Made by a program: the position numbers and the translations under genes | Part shown: positions 1 through 9,557 of the stretch, in pieces | Position numbering within the stretch: position 1 is the stretch's first letter | How the letters are laid out: each line of letters starts with the position of its first letter | IMG/VR virus record: IMGVR_UViG_3300009152_000003 | Location: 19,981-83,980 of that record | Length of the DNA: 64,000 bases | Reading direction: 5' to 3' (one strand) | DNA from: a virus | The notes under the pieces: generated by a model | Seen by the model: only the letters and a program-made list of their open reading frames with translations | Told to the model about the DNA's origin: nothing | The model's database searches: none

Positions 1-119
1 CCGTCCTCGTCCAGGGCCTTGGGGTCAAGTTCGATCAACCGGTCAAGCACCGCCTGTAGCCAAGCACGGTGATGTGCCTTGGCTGGATTGAAGAACGTCA
101 CATAGTTCGATTGGCTCAT
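1..119 (-). CDS. 5' part of a hypothetical protein running off the window, possibly an endolysin/peptidase N-terminus
   Basis: ATG at 119 overlaps the stop of the 116..370 ORF. It reads MSQSNYVTFFNPAKAHHRAWLQAVLDRLIELDPKALDEDG with no stop before the window edge. Confidence 0.55.
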   Translation of the reverse strand, partial: MSQSNYVTFFNPAKAHHRAWLQAVLDRLIELDPKALDED

Positions 120-370
120 GACGCACCTCCCTCGCTGCCCTGCTCAAGCGCTTCAACCGCCAAGTGTTGCGCAGCCTCATCGCTGTAGCCCTGCTCCAGC
201 AGGGACCTGTACAGCTCATTAAAGCGTTCGACGCTCGTATCCATGCCTTCGCCGTGGGTTATTACCTCAGCCGCCATGTGCTGAGCCGCCGGGGGAGGCA
301 TGTCATCGCTGACGAAATGCTTCGCCAGCGCTTGGAACATCTCAGGGCTGCCAGCTAGCCGCATGACCAC
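116..370 (-). CDS. hypothetical late protein (N-terminal RLAG motif)
   Basis: 84 aa ORF in the tightly packed minus-strand block, with an internal repeat AAQHMAAE/AAQHLAVE. Confidence 0.7.
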   Translation of the reverse strand: MVMRLAGSPEMFQALAKHFVSDDMPPPAAQHMAAEVITHGEGMDTSVERFNELYRSLLEQGYSDEAAQHLAVEALEQGSEGGAS

Positions 371-402
371 TCACGGGTGTCACACCATGCTAGACGGGTC
401 GT

Positions 403-681
403 TCAGAGCATCTGCCAGGGGGCGTCCACCGAAGCCTTTTTCACGAAGCCAGGCAAATCCTCCATGCCGCGCGGATTCGTCAAAAGCCTCAATCGCAGCT
501 TCTCCCTCATGACCGGATCATTGGCGTTCGGGACTCCTTCGAAGTCCCTGCCCGGCACCTTGGGATAGCTCAGGTCAAAGCTGGGGTTTCCCGCCAAAGC
601 ATCGCCGCCTTCCCCTTGCCGCTCAGCCCAATCCATGTAGCGCCGGGCCCTGGCTGCTGCTTCAACTCGGTCTGCCATCAC
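403..681 (-). CDS. hypothetical late protein
   Basis: 92 aa ORF co-oriented with and tiling its neighbours. Confidence 0.65.
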   Translation of the reverse strand: MMADRVEAAARARRYMDWAERQGEGGDALAGNPSFDLSYPKVPGRDFEGVPNANDPVMREKLRLRLLTNPRGMEDLPGFVKKASVDAPWQML

Positions 682-693
682 TCAGCGACTCTC

Positions 694-1038
694 TTAGTAC
701 CCGCCGAGCGCCATCTGCCCAAACTCCGCCAACTTGCCGCAGGACAGCCCGCACTTATGGATAACGTCCTCCTTCGCCCTGGCGACCAACGCCTGGGCCA
801 TCTCAGCCTGCGCATTCTGCTCGACTGTCCGGACCTGGTGCGTGGCCGTGTTCCCCGCGACGACAGCGTTGCGGGCCTCGCCAAGCATCCCTGCCGCCTG
901 CTGCGTCCTGCTCTGGAGCTCCATGGCGCCGGCCGCAGTACCGATCCTCGAGGGCAGTACGAGGTTCTGCTGGTAAGCCGACATCCCGGCTCCCTCCGTG
1001 TGGAGCAGAGGGTTCTGCACTCCTGGTGGCATCTTCAT
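694..1038 (-). CDS. hypothetical late protein
   Basis: 114 aa Ala/Gln-rich ORF that tiles between neighbours. Confidence 0.65.
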   Translation of the reverse strand: MKMPPGVQNPLLHTEGAGMSAYQQNLVLPSRIGTAAGAMELQSRTQQAAGMLGEARNAVVAGNTATHQVRTVEQNAQAEMAQALVARAKEDVIHKCGLSCGKLAEFGQMALGGY

Positions 1039-1052
1039 GGCGGTTCTCGCGA

Positions 1053-2021
1053 TCAGGTGTCAGAGATCAACAGCTTGCCCCGCAGAGCATCGGCAGGGGC
1101 TTGGGACAGTACGCGCCAGAGCTGGTCGGGCTGACGCTCGGCCACTTGCGCAAAGTTCGACCAGAAGTCGCTGGGAGGAGCCTGGTAACCCGGGGCGGGC
1201 ATCTGCATCTGAGGACGCTGGTAGCCGTAACCGCCGGCGTTGACTTCGGCCTGCAGGCGGTCCTGGGATGTCTCAACCGGTGCCGGACCGCTGGGCCCGA
1301 AGAACTCGTTGACGTAATCCGCCAGCAGGTCAGGATCGGTGGTCAGCAGGTTGTACGCCTGGTTGTCCTCGAGAGTCGCACCCAGCGCAACCTCCATCTG
1401 ACGGAGATTGCTATGCAGCTGTTGCAACTGCTCGATCGCCTGGGAGCTCTGCTGTGCCTGGGCCAGTAAAGCGTCCTCGACGGTGCAGGCGTACCGGTTC
1501 AGCAGCGCGGGAGCTTCAGCGCCGAAGTGCTGCAAGACCTCCAGCGACTCATTGCTTACCTCGCTTAGGTACCCGTCGACCTGCTCGACGGCTGGGGCGC
1601 TCGGTGCGCTCGGGGCGCCTTGCCACGCGCTCGGATAGCTCGGCGAATACACCGGCGTTGCTTGGGGCAGCAATGTCGGCATCGCCGTACCGTATGCCTG
1701 CTGCTGGTAGCTGGGCGCCACCGAAGGGAAGGGCGCCTGGTAAGCGGGTCCCGACGGGGTCCCGGGCCAGGAGGGTTCCTGGGCCTGGTATTGGGGCGTC
1801 GCGCTCAAACGGGCGGACAGGTTGGCGTACGCCGCCTGCCACGGATCCGCCGCTGGGGACGGAGCTGCCTGCTGCTGGTAGCTGGGCTGCGTCGGGTACG
1901 AAGTCGGGGCCATCGGTGCCTGAGGCATCGATGGGGAGGCCGGCATCGACACGGGCGCGCTGGAGGGGATTGAGCTCTGCGGGCTCACCTGAACCTGCGG
2001 CATCGCCGAACTGTCCTGCAT
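1053..2021 (-). CDS. putative capsid scaffolding-like protein
   Basis: P/Q/A-rich disordered N-half and a coiled-coil middle. It lies directly after the putative portal and has GGGAG 7 nt before its ATG. The function is inferred from position and composition. Confidence 0.55.
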   Translation of the reverse strand: MQDSSAMPQVQVSPQSSIPSSAPVSMPASPSMPQAPMAPTSYPTQPSYQQQAAPSPAADPWQAAYANLSARLSATPQYQAQEPSWPGTPSGPAYQAPFPSVAPSYQQQAYGTAMPTLLPQATPVYSPSYPSAWQGAPSAPSAPAVEQVDGYLSEVSNESLEVLQHFGAEAPALLNRYACTVEDALLAQAQQSSQAIEQLQQLHSNLRQMEVALGATLEDNQAYNLLTTDPDLLADYVNEFFGPSGPAPVETSQDRLQAEVNAGGYGYQRPQMQMPAPGYQAPPSDFWSNFAQVAERQPDQLWRVLSQAPADALRGKLLISDT

Positions 2022-3762
2022 AAGTCAGCTCCCGTTTGAGGAAATCGAAAGTCCGGTAGAGGAATGGCGTCAGGTCGAGGCGTGCATCTGCCAGGAGTGG
2101 AAGATTCGGCGCCTGTGGATGCGGGGTTTCCCGCATCGCTCTGATCAGGTTCAGGAATGTCGCAATGCTGGACTGCGTCGCCTGAGCCAACCTGAATGGG
2201 TACCCATTGAGCATAGCGCTCCTTTCCTCATCGGTTTTTGACGGGAACAGGTAGCGCAGCGCCTCGATCGAGTTGACTCCCAGCTCTTGGAGGTTCCGCA
2301 CGACAATCGAGTTGTTCAGGATGTCGTCGGTCGACTCCTCGAACACCGGGCCTCGCCAGCGCCACTCAATACGACGATCACCATCAGGGATCAGCCCTGC
2401 CACCCCGGGCGGGAACTTCTGCTCCTCGATGGCCTTGTCGATCGCCGCCTGCACCTTCTGCCGGTAAGCTCCATAGTCGGCCTGGTGCTTCTCAACGGCA
2501 GCTTGGTATGCCTCCTCGTCGCCAATGTCTTCTTTGATGGGCGCCACCGGTGCCTTGATCTTCACGGAAGCGGCGAAGCTCTCGCGGAAGACGTTCTCCT
2601 CGTTGTAGATCATCAGGGCCAGCAGCTTGCAGAGCCCATAGGTCAGCAGCCCACGGCACTTGCGGAATGCCGTTGTCGCCGCCCGGCCAAACAGGCTCTT
2701 GACCTCGTAGGCCGTTGCTCCCGAGCTGATGCCGATCTCGTCGACGCCCCCTAGGGCTGTGCGGATTTCCTCGCGGTACTGGCGGGCGTAGAGGTTCTGG
2801 TCACCGCTGACCGCATTGGGCGTGATGTACTGAACCCGGTCGGTCGCCTCCAGGTTGGCGATCAACCGGGGCACCCGTACCCCGCCGTCAAAACTGGGCG
2901 CCCCGGTCAGCGAGAAGCGGGTGCTGGGCCGGTCGGCCGATGAGAATCCAGCTCGGCTGCTGATCGTCGGACGCTGCATGCCGCCCCCGTCGCCAGACTC
3001 CACCAGGTCGTGCTTGGGACGGCTTGAAACCAGAGTCGGGTTGCCGTAGAAGCGGATGTTCTCGCGGATATTCCGCACCAGCGAGTCGTGGTACAGAATG
3101 TGCCCCTCCGAGCCGGCAAAGTCGCCAGTGGCGTCCATTCCGGTCGGGCGCATCCAGTTGAAAGACTCGACTGCTGGGATGAAGCCCAGGGAGTTGCGCG
3201 TCGTGCGCCTGTCCCTGTTCATCGACATCGCATCGGCTGGCAGGGGCGTGTCGAACTGGGGCTTCTCGGGGGTGATTGTCTCGATGATTTCGTTGCGCTT
3301 GACCCGCAGGCGCACGTACTTCTGGGTTGCGCCGCCAACCCCCGGCAGCGCGATCGCGCCTAGCTCGGAGCGGGCCCGAAAGGAGTAGATCAGGTCGAGT
3401 TCTTCGAGCTGCTCGTCGGCGTCGTAGTAGGCGCGGTAGTTCTCCTTGGAGAACCACATGATCCGGTAGTTCTCGCCTACCGGCCGGAAAAACCAAAGGC
3501 CGACGCCCTGGGTGATGAAGTCATCGACAATGCCCTCAAGGCGCTGGTCGATCTCGTTCTCCTCGATGATCTTCTCGACGAACGTGCGCCGGAATCCGTA
3601 GGTGTCGGTGCGGGGATAGAACTCGATCCCCTGCCGCAACATAAACAGCCGCATCTGGGACAGGTGTCCCGATACGATCGTGGTATCGGCCGTGCCGTCG
3701 CCGCGTCGCTCACGAGCGGCATCGACGATCTGACTGAACCGGTTCGGGTCAAGTTGAGGCAT
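1549..3762 (-). CDS. putative portal protein
   Basis: 737 aa ORF immediately downstream of the terminase large subunit, which is the canonical terL-portal order. Mostly helical with a disordered C-terminal tail. The call is positional. Confidence 0.6.
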   Translation of the reverse strand: MPQLDPNRFSQIVDAARERRGDGTADTTIVSGHLSQMRLFMLRQGIEFYPRTDTYGFRRTFVEKIIEENEIDQRLEGIVDDFITQGVGLWFFRPVGENYRIMWFSKENYRAYYDADEQLEELDLIYSFRARSELGAIALPGVGGATQKYVRLRVKRNEIIETITPEKPQFDTPLPADAMSMNRDRRTTRNSLGFIPAVESFNWMRPTGMDATGDFAGSEGHILYHDSLVRNIRENIRFYGNPTLVSSRPKHDLVESGDGGGMQRPTISSRAGFSSADRPSTRFSLTGAPSFDGGVRVPRLIANLEATDRVQYITPNAVSGDQNLYARQYREEIRTALGGVDEIGISSGATAYEVKSLFGRAATTAFRKCRGLLTYGLCKLLALMIYNEENVFRESFAASVKIKAPVAPIKEDIGDEEAYQAAVEKHQADYGAYRQKVQAAIDKAIEEQKFPPGVAGLIPDGDRRIEWRWRGPVFEESTDDILNNSIVVRNLQELGVNSIEALRYLFPSKTDEERSAMLNGYPFRLAQATQSSIATFLNLIRAMRETPHPQAPNLPLLADARLDLTPFLYRTFDFLKRELTYAGQFGDAAGSGEPAELNPLQRARVDAGLPIDASGTDGPDFVPDAAQLPAAGSSVPSGGSVAGGVRQPVRPFERDAPIPGPGTLLARDPVGTRLPGALPFGGAQLPAAGIRYGDADIAAPSNAGVFAELSERVARRPERTERPSRRAGRRVPKRGKQ

Positions 3763-3798
3763 GAGTGCATCCTAGGGATGGCGCCCCTGCAAGCCAAG

Positions 3799-5343
3799 TC
3801 ACTCGATGTGGATCCTGCCTCTGCGGCAGCCCTGATCGAGCAGGATCTGCAGGGCGTCGGCGCAGTCGTCGTGAGGGGAGTTGCCGAGGTTCACGACCTC
3901 GTCAAACACGACCCGGAAATCCCGGTACTTGTTGAAGACGACCTTACCCGTCTCGAACAATCCCATGACGCCGCGAAACCGTGCGAGCTTGTCGCCGCGG
4001 ACCCCCGTCACCGGTGAGACGCGCAGGTTGACCAGGGGCTGAGCAACCAGGCTCGACTCGCGGTGCGCGATCCGCTTGAAGTCGCCCTCGAACGACTGCT
4101 GGTACGCGACTGCTTCCGGCCAGACCGTCACGTCCGAAGCTGTTGGCAGGTAACGCCCATCGGAGTCCTGGTCCAGCAGGTTCCACTCGTGCAGCAACTC
4201 GCAGAGGGCCTCGACCTTCTCGATGTTGCCCATGCTGCGGACCCGCCGCTTGTCGATCACGTAGAACTTGTCGCCATCCAGGCCGCCCAGCATGAAGACC
4301 GTGTAGTCGTTGCGCTCCTTCAGGCCCGAGGAGAGGTCCATGCTCACCCCGATCAGATCGAAGTGCTCTGGGATCGTGCCACGAATGAAGAGCTCCGGCT
4401 TGATGCCCAACTCGGTCGAGCGGACCGCTCGGTTCATGTACTGGTACGCAAACGAGACCCGGTCCGTCTCTTGTACGCCGAGCAGGTATTCGAGCGACCA
4501 CCATTCCGGCCAGTAGGAGCGCGGCACCCCCTCGTCGTCGTACAGCAGTGCGCCCTGGACCATGACCTTCCAGCCGTTGCGCTCGATGAAGGTCGTCGCA
4601 AAGACGTCATCGAAGTGGAAACGGGTGCCCAGAGCGATCGCCCGGGCACCCTGGAACATGGTCGGAACGATCACGCTGTTCCAGTTGGCCTCCATCTCCC
4701 GGCGAATCTCGGGGTTGTCGATCGACTTCTTGGACTTGATCAAGTCGTCTAGCACAACCAAGTTCGATCGCTTGGAGGTAATTGCGCCGGCCAGGCCTGC
4801 GCAGGCCAGGGTGAACGCGTCCTCACCGCGAACGTCGATGCCGGCGTATTCGAAGTCGATCGACCAGAGCTCATCGCTGGTCTTGGTCTTGGAGAGCCGC
4901 ACGCAAGGGAAGATCTCCTGGTAGGTATCCGAGAGGATCGTGTTCTTGATGGCGCCGCTCTTGCCCCGAGCAACATCAACGATGAACGAGACGTAGAGGA
5001 TCCGCAGCAGCTTCTTAGCCAGGGTGTGCCGGCCGATGCACCAGGCCAGAAGCAGACCAACCACCGTCGACTTCGCGGATCCCCGCGGGCTGAGCAGGCA
5101 AGAGTTGGGCCCAGCGATGTCGAGCAGGTGCTCATTGCTTTCGCCGGTCACCAGCTCCCGGTGCCACTCGAGCATGTGCGCGGCCGGCGGTTTGCCCATC
5201 GCCGCGCAGAAGGCGCCAAAGTCCTCCCGAGCCTGCTTGACACGCTCGCTGACAGCCTCGACCTCACCCTTGGTCTGCGGGACGCGCCGCGCCGTTAGCC
5301 GCCCGGTGCGCTTGTGTGCCCTGACGAGCGCAAGGTCTGCCAT
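3799..5343 (-). CDS. terL: phage terminase large subunit
   Basis: Walker A-like SPRGSAKST, Walker B VVLDD, coupling motif ALGTRF, and C-terminal RNase H-like nuclease motifs SMDLS, NDYT and HDDCADA. Confidence 0.92.
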   Translation of the reverse strand: MADLALVRAHKRTGRLTARRVPQTKGEVEAVSERVKQAREDFGAFCAAMGKPPAAHMLEWHRELVTGESNEHLLDIAGPNSCLLSPRGSAKSTVVGLLLAWCIGRHTLAKKLLRILYVSFIVDVARGKSGAIKNTILSDTYQEIFPCVRLSKTKTSDELWSIDFEYAGIDVRGEDAFTLACAGLAGAITSKRSNLVVLDDLIKSKKSIDNPEIRREMEANWNSVIVPTMFQGARAIALGTRFHFDDVFATTFIERNGWKVMVQGALLYDDEGVPRSYWPEWWSLEYLLGVQETDRVSFAYQYMNRAVRSTELGIKPELFIRGTIPEHFDLIGVSMDLSSGLKERNDYTVFMLGGLDGDKFYVIDKRRVRSMGNIEKVEALCELLHEWNLLDQDSDGRYLPTASDVTVWPEAVAYQQSFEGDFKRIAHRESSLVAQPLVNLRVSPVTGVRGDKLARFRGVMGLFETGKVVFNKYRDFRVVFDEVVNLGNSPHDDCADALQILLDQGCRRGRIHIE

Positions 5344-5364
5344 AGCAGTCAGCGTAGCCGCGCG

Positions 5365-5895
5365 CTAACGCTCGTCGTTCATCTGGCTCCAGAACGCCTC
5401 AAATCCCTGCTCCAGGGCTGCCTTCATTTCGTCGTTGTCAGCGAACATGTCCTGCTGGATCCGGAGCAGTCGATCGGCCCCGGTCAGCAGCAACCCGCGC
5501 CGGTCGACGGTTCGGGTCATGCGTTCAACTTCGACCAGGTGCCCGCGCATCTCTTTCGAGAGGGACGCAATGTTGCGGGCCGAATCAGTCGGCCTGGCTG
5601 GCCTGGCACTTTCCTGATCGTGATCGACGATGACATCGGTGTCCCGCAGGGAGGCAATGTCGCTCTCAAGCTTGATGGCCTCAGCCAGCAACATCTTGCG
5701 CCGGTCGAGCCGGGGGTAGCGCTTTTGCAGCCAAGCTTCTAGCTGCAGGAAGTCTCCCTCGTACCCCATCGCCGAGGCGTACATCCAAGTCTGAATCGCC
5801 GAATCGCGGCACTCACAGGCGCCCAGGAACCGCTCCCGTTGGCCGTTACCCAGGGACGAGAGGAACCCGGCGACCTCGGGGTGCTGCTCAGCCAT
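5365..5895 (-). CDS. hypothetical protein, candidate terminase small subunit
   Basis: Helical ~176 aa ORF directly upstream of terL. The ATG at 5895 overlaps the end of the preceding gene. The function is positional only. Confidence 0.45.
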   Translation of the reverse strand: MAEQHPEVAGFLSSLGNGQRERFLGACECRDSAIQTWMYASAMGYEGDFLQLEAWLQKRYPRLDRRKMLLAEAIKLESDIASLRDTDVIVDHDQESARPARPTDSARNIASLSKEMRGHLVEVERMTRTVDRRGLLLTGADRLLRIQQDMFADNDEMKAALEQGFEAFWSQMNDER

Positions 5896-6583
5896 AGAAC
5901 CGCCGGCCGCCTGATGCAATCGCGCCACGGGCGTCACGACGTAGGGCCAGGGTCTCTTCTGTTCCCTGCCGCAGTGTCTCGCGCTGCTCCCGTCCGGTCA
6001 GGCCGATCTGCCGTTCTTGACTGTCGTAGCCGTATTTCTGGGCGTCGGCCGAGTATTTGACGCCTTCCACCTGCCTGTCGGCCGAATACTTAGTGCCCTC
6101 CACCTCTTTGTCGTAGCCATAACGCGTGACGTCACCCCTCTGCTTATCGAGCTTGATGTCGGCATCGCTTTGCGACTTAATGCGCCGGTCCTCTGCCTCA
6201 GAAGCAATGCCTTGTGTGCTGCGCTGGTAGTCAATTGCCAAGGGGGTCATCGCCTTGGCGTAGCTGACATCAGATTCGCGTTGTGCGGTCGACTTCAAGA
6301 CGTTATACGCCAGGTCTGCTCCAGCCGCGCCAACCGTTGGGTTGTCCTTGTTGCTGTCCAACCAACCTTTTGCAGAAGCATTGAAGCTATCGCTCATCCC
6401 GTAGAAAGAGCTTGGCGTGTTGAACGTTTGTCGAGCTTTTTGCTCTTGCTCCACCTTCTGGCGATCTTCTTCGGTGCGCCTGTTGTCGGCGTCCGCGGCC
6501 TCCCGCTTTTGCCTTTCAGCTACGGCTGCCCATTCGGCGGCCTGAGCTCTCGCCGCTTCCCTGCGCTTAGATGCTGCTGACAT
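5888..6583 (-). CDS. putative internal virion/ejection protein
   Basis: 231 aa coiled-coil protein with 11-aa repeats (VEGTKYSADRQ/VEGVKYSADAQ). Confidence 0.55.
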   Translation of the reverse strand: MSAASKRREAARAQAAEWAAVAERQKREAADADNRRTEEDRQKVEQEQKARQTFNTPSSFYGMSDSFNASAKGWLDSNKDNPTVGAAGADLAYNVLKSTAQRESDVSYAKAMTPLAIDYQRSTQGIASEAEDRRIKSQSDADIKLDKQRGDVTRYGYDKEVEGTKYSADRQVEGVKYSADAQKYGYDSQERQIGLTGREQRETLRQGTEETLALRRDARGAIASGGRRFYG

Positions 6584-6585
6584 GG

Positions 6586-7344
6586 CTAAATGCGGCTCGC
6601 GAGGTAGGCCAGACCAAGACCCTTGACGAGGTCAAAGCCTTGCCGGATGGGACTGGGCTTGCTGGACTGCATGATCCGTTCAGCTGCCGCAAGATAGTCC
6701 TGCCTCCCGGTTCTTTCGCTGCTGAGAATTTGATTCAGGGCCGAGTTGTTGGGGTCCGAGCCAACAAGCATCCCAAGCTGCGCAGTCTCGCCGCCCAACA
6801 ACCCCTGCTGCAGTCTGAACGTATTGTCGAACAGTTGCCCCCGGGCGCGGCCCTGGATCTCCGCCAACGCTTCGGCTTCGGTGATTCGGTGCTGGCTCGT
6901 CCTGTCCAGCTTTCGAATGTCGTCGCTGGTCGTCGAGGTGTAGAGCTGGCCAGCAAATCCGGCCTGGGCGCCGATCTTTCTGATGTCGTTGCCGGTCGTC
7001 GTGGTATCAAGCTGGCCAGCAAGGTTCGTTTTGTGGGTCTCGCCGGTCATGGTCCTGCGATTCTCAGCGTCCAGCCCGGGCTGCGTGGCTGCGCTGACGG
7101 CTGCTGCCTGTCCAGGCAGTCGCTCCAGTGACCGGTCCAGGCGATCGTATCGCTCGTTTTCGCTCTGCTGACTCCGCTGCTCCTGCCGCTCTTGCTCCTT
7201 AGCGACCCTGCGTTCCCGCTGGGTCTCGCGTTCCCGCCCTGCCTGCCCAAAGGCGTCGCTGATCCTGCTCACCCTGCCAGCGGCGCGTTCGGCAGTGTTG
7301 GCTAGTCCCCTTCCCAGGTCAACTATCGGTAGCTGGAAAGGCAT
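6586..7344 (-). CDS. putative internal virion protein
   Basis: 252 aa coiled-coil protein with a duplicated 22-aa unit (AGQLxTxTTxxDIRK). Confidence 0.55.
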   Translation of the reverse strand: MPFQLPIVDLGRGLANTAERAAGRVSRISDAFGQAGRERETQRERRVAKEQERQEQRSQQSENERYDRLDRSLERLPGQAAAVSAATQPGLDAENRRTMTGETHKTNLAGQLDTTTTGNDIRKIGAQAGFAGQLYTSTTSDDIRKLDRTSQHRITEAEALAEIQGRARGQLFDNTFRLQQGLLGGETAQLGMLVGSDPNNSALNQILSSERTGRQDYLAAAERIMQSSKPSPIRQGFDLVKGLGLAYLASRI

Positions 7345-7366
7345 GACATCGACATCCTGTGGGCCG

Positions 7367-7372
7367 ATTCTA
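7367..7372 (-). promoter_or_regulatory. -10-like element TAGAAT (in TAGAATCG)
   Basis: Intergenic, about 23 nt upstream of the ATG at 7344. The same octamer precedes the starts at 8656 and 22181. Confidence 0.5.
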
Positions 7373-7403
7373 GGCGACGTCCGTAAGCCGTATCAGGCGT
7401 GGG

Positions 7404-7907
7404 CTATTGGCCCAGGAGGGTGATGCCCATCTCCGTGGCGCCCCTGGCTCTCGCTGACCAGGGGTCAAGGAGTGTGCGCGTCTGATTCAGCCCGGCCACA
7501 GTGCCATTGACCCCCTGAAGGATCTCCTGCGATGTCCTTGGTGCGGCGGCGCCCATGAGCTTGGACACGAAGTCCGCGGAGCCAGCAAAGCGATCGCCCG
7601 AGCCTCCCGCAATCCCCTGGGCCGCAATATCAAACAGGCCTGTTCGTAAGGCATTTTTTGTCTCCAGCCTGGTCTTAAGGGTGAGATAGTCTCGCTCGCC
7701 TTGCCTGGCTGCTTCTTCGCGGGCGAGCATGCTGCTGCCCTGGAGCCGAGTCGTATCGAGGAGGTTCTTGGCGTTGATTTCAGCCAGGCGACGTGCACTC
7801 TCGCGTTCAGCGTCACTGTTTGAGCGTTGCTGAAACGTGGTGTCCCCAAACGGCCTTGGCGCGTTGGCAAGCAGGTCGCCAAATGACGAGGGGCTGAGGA
7901 CAACCAT
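7404..7907 (-). CDS. hypothetical virion protein
   Basis: 167 aa, start overlaps the upstream stop, contains RFAG. Confidence 0.65.
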   Translation of the reverse strand: MVVLSPSSFGDLLANAPRPFGDTTFQQRSNSDAERESARRLAEINAKNLLDTTRLQGSSMLAREEAARQGERDYLTLKTRLETKNALRTGLFDIAAQGIAGGSGDRFAGSADFVSKLMGAAAPRTSQEILQGVNGTVAGLNQTRTLLDPWSARARGATEMGITLLGQ

Positions 7908-8656
7908 CAGCCCAGACCTCGTCCAGCGATCGCCCCCAGCATGCTGGTGAAATTGGGATCCCGATAGGCGCCCGGTACGCCCTGAGCGCCCTGGAAGAGC
8001 GCTTGGGCGTACAGCTGCCTGGCCTGCAGGTCAGCGGCAAGTTGAGCCTCCCGTTGATTGTTTTCCGACTGGGCACGCATGGCTGCTTGCTGCAGCGGCA
8101 GGGCCTTCCAGCCAGCCTGAGTCTGTGCGTCCGCCATCGACTCGTAGCGCCGCCGGTTGGCGTCGATCTCCTTGGTCACGGGGTCGTTGAATATGCCCGA
8201 GACAGCGTCGAAGGCGTTCCGGCCGGCGCTGCCACCGAGGCCAGTACCCAGGGCACCACCGATGCCAGCGCCGATCGCTCCGCCAAGGCCGGGGATCGGG
8301 ATCAGTGCTTGTCCGATGGCGCCACCGGCCATCATGCCCAGTGCGCCACCACCCGCCGCTCCGAGCCCGCCGCTCAGGTTGCCGCCGGGATTCGTGGGGT
8401 CGGCGCCCAGCTGTTCCATGGCGCCGATGGCAACGGGAACCCCAGCCAAGAGAGCGCCACCAAGTCTGCCGCGAGGGCTCTTCAGGAAGCTGAGAATATC
8501 GCCAGCAAAGCGCATCTTGTCACCGTTGCTGTTCGGGGGATTGTTCGGTCCGGAGCTCGCAGAGCCGGGAGCCGACGGAATGTCGTACGACTGGTCAGCC
8601 CTTGACAAGCCGTAATGCAGGTACGGGTCGGGGCCTCCCGGGTAGTAATTCGCCAC
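7907..8656 (-). CDS. glycine-zipper protein, putative ejection/pilot protein
   Basis: Long GxxxG zipper (GGAIGQALIPIPGLGGAIGAGIGGALG) followed by a Q/A coiled coil. Confidence 0.6.
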   Translation of the reverse strand: MANYYPGGPDPYLHYGLSRADQSYDIPSAPGSASSGPNNPPNSNGDKMRFAGDILSFLKSPRGRLGGALLAGVPVAIGAMEQLGADPTNPGGNLSGGLGAAGGGALGMMAGGAIGQALIPIPGLGGAIGAGIGGALGTGLGGSAGRNAFDAVSGIFNDPVTKEIDANRRRYESMADAQTQAGWKALPLQQAAMRAQSENNQREAQLAADLQARQLYAQALFQGAQGVPGAYRDPNFTSMLGAIAGRGLG

Positions 8657-8683
8657 GTTCGCTCCAGGAGACCCTTTTGCTCG

Positions 8684-8689
8684 ATTCTA
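8684..8689 (-). promoter_or_regulatory. -10-like element TAGAAT
   Basis: TAGAATCG about 28 nt upstream of the start at 8656, followed by a GGAG SD. Confidence 0.5.
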
Positions 8690-9556
8690 AGCAGTCAATC
8701 CGACAGCCTCGTCAAGCATGTACCTCGGTCGAGTCGGCTCCGTCCAGGGCAGGACCTCGCTGCAATTCACGACCTGGGCATCGAGCTTGGGGCAGTAGAC
8801 AAACCGCGAAGCGCCCGGCCGGGGGTCGATACACGCCGTGCAGGTGAGGACGTAGTCAGAGTTGTGCTGCCGGTCCGGCCACTCGACAGGATGCCCGTGT
8901 TGCGGGTCGATGGCGCCGTACCTCTCCCGGTCGTACGGCACGTCAAACTCCTCGATGTAGCGCCAGATGTCCGCGTGGCTCCAGTGCCGCAAGGGGAACA
9001 GCGCCAGGGCCCCATCGACCCGCATGGCCGCGTCGGCACCAGTGCCAGCCGCACCGCCCAGGACGATGTCACTGTCGCAGCCCTTGTGCCCGACCCAGAA
9101 GGCCTGAAACGGCGTGTGCATTTCCAGCCGCTCCTGTTTCGGGCGGCGAGCCATGTCAACTGCACAGGCCCAGGGTTCTTCGGGGCCGCTGGAGGGGCCT
9201 TCGCCGCGGTGCGTGATCCCTGTGGGGCACGAGAAGTTGCCAGCGTCGAGCGTGTAGACGTTCTGCAGCTCGAACTCATTGCCGGTCACCTGAAAAGCCA
9301 CCATGGCTGGGTGCCACGAGATCACCTGCAGCCCCCAATCTCGGATCAGCTGGTCGTGAAACGAGTACCGCCGTGGCTGCCAGGGCTCACGAAAGAGAAT
9401 CAGCGGCAGCTGCAAGCCGGCTTCGCGCAGCAGATGCAGCAGCACCATCGAGTCCTTGCCGCCGGACCAGAGGATTGCGCTCAGCGGAGCCTGACGGGCC
9501 CAGCGCTCAATCGACTTCCTGGTATCCGCCAGGAGGGGCCAAGACTCTTCCCTCAT
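8687..9556 (-). CDS. phosphoadenosine phosphosulfate (PAPS) reductase family / PP-loop protein
   Basis: PP-loop LWSGGKDSMVLLHL, family motif PLRHWSHADIWRYI, and C-terminal CxxC...CP cysteines. The ATG at 9556 follows the upstream stop. Confidence 0.85.
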   Translation of the reverse strand: MREESWPLLADTRKSIERWARQAPLSAILWSGGKDSMVLLHLLREAGLQLPLILFREPWQPRRYSFHDQLIRDWGLQVISWHPAMVAFQVTGNEFELQNVYTLDAGNFSCPTGITHRGEGPSSGPEEPWACAVDMARRPKQERLEMHTPFQAFWVGHKGCDSDIVLGGAAGTGADAAMRVDGALALFPLRHWSHADIWRYIEEFDVPYDRERYGAIDPQHGHPVEWPDRQHNSDYVLTCTACIDPRPGASRFVYCPKLDAQVVNCSEVLPWTEPTRPRYMLDEAVGLTA

Positions 9557-9557
9557 T

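Noticed and set aside
679-686. CACTCAGC as an eighth motif copy
   Set aside because: Only 8 of 15 bases match and it lies antisense to late genes.
8687-9556. Complete Dnd phosphorothioation system
   Set aside because: No dndA/B/D/E or ssp partner genes were recognised in the window.
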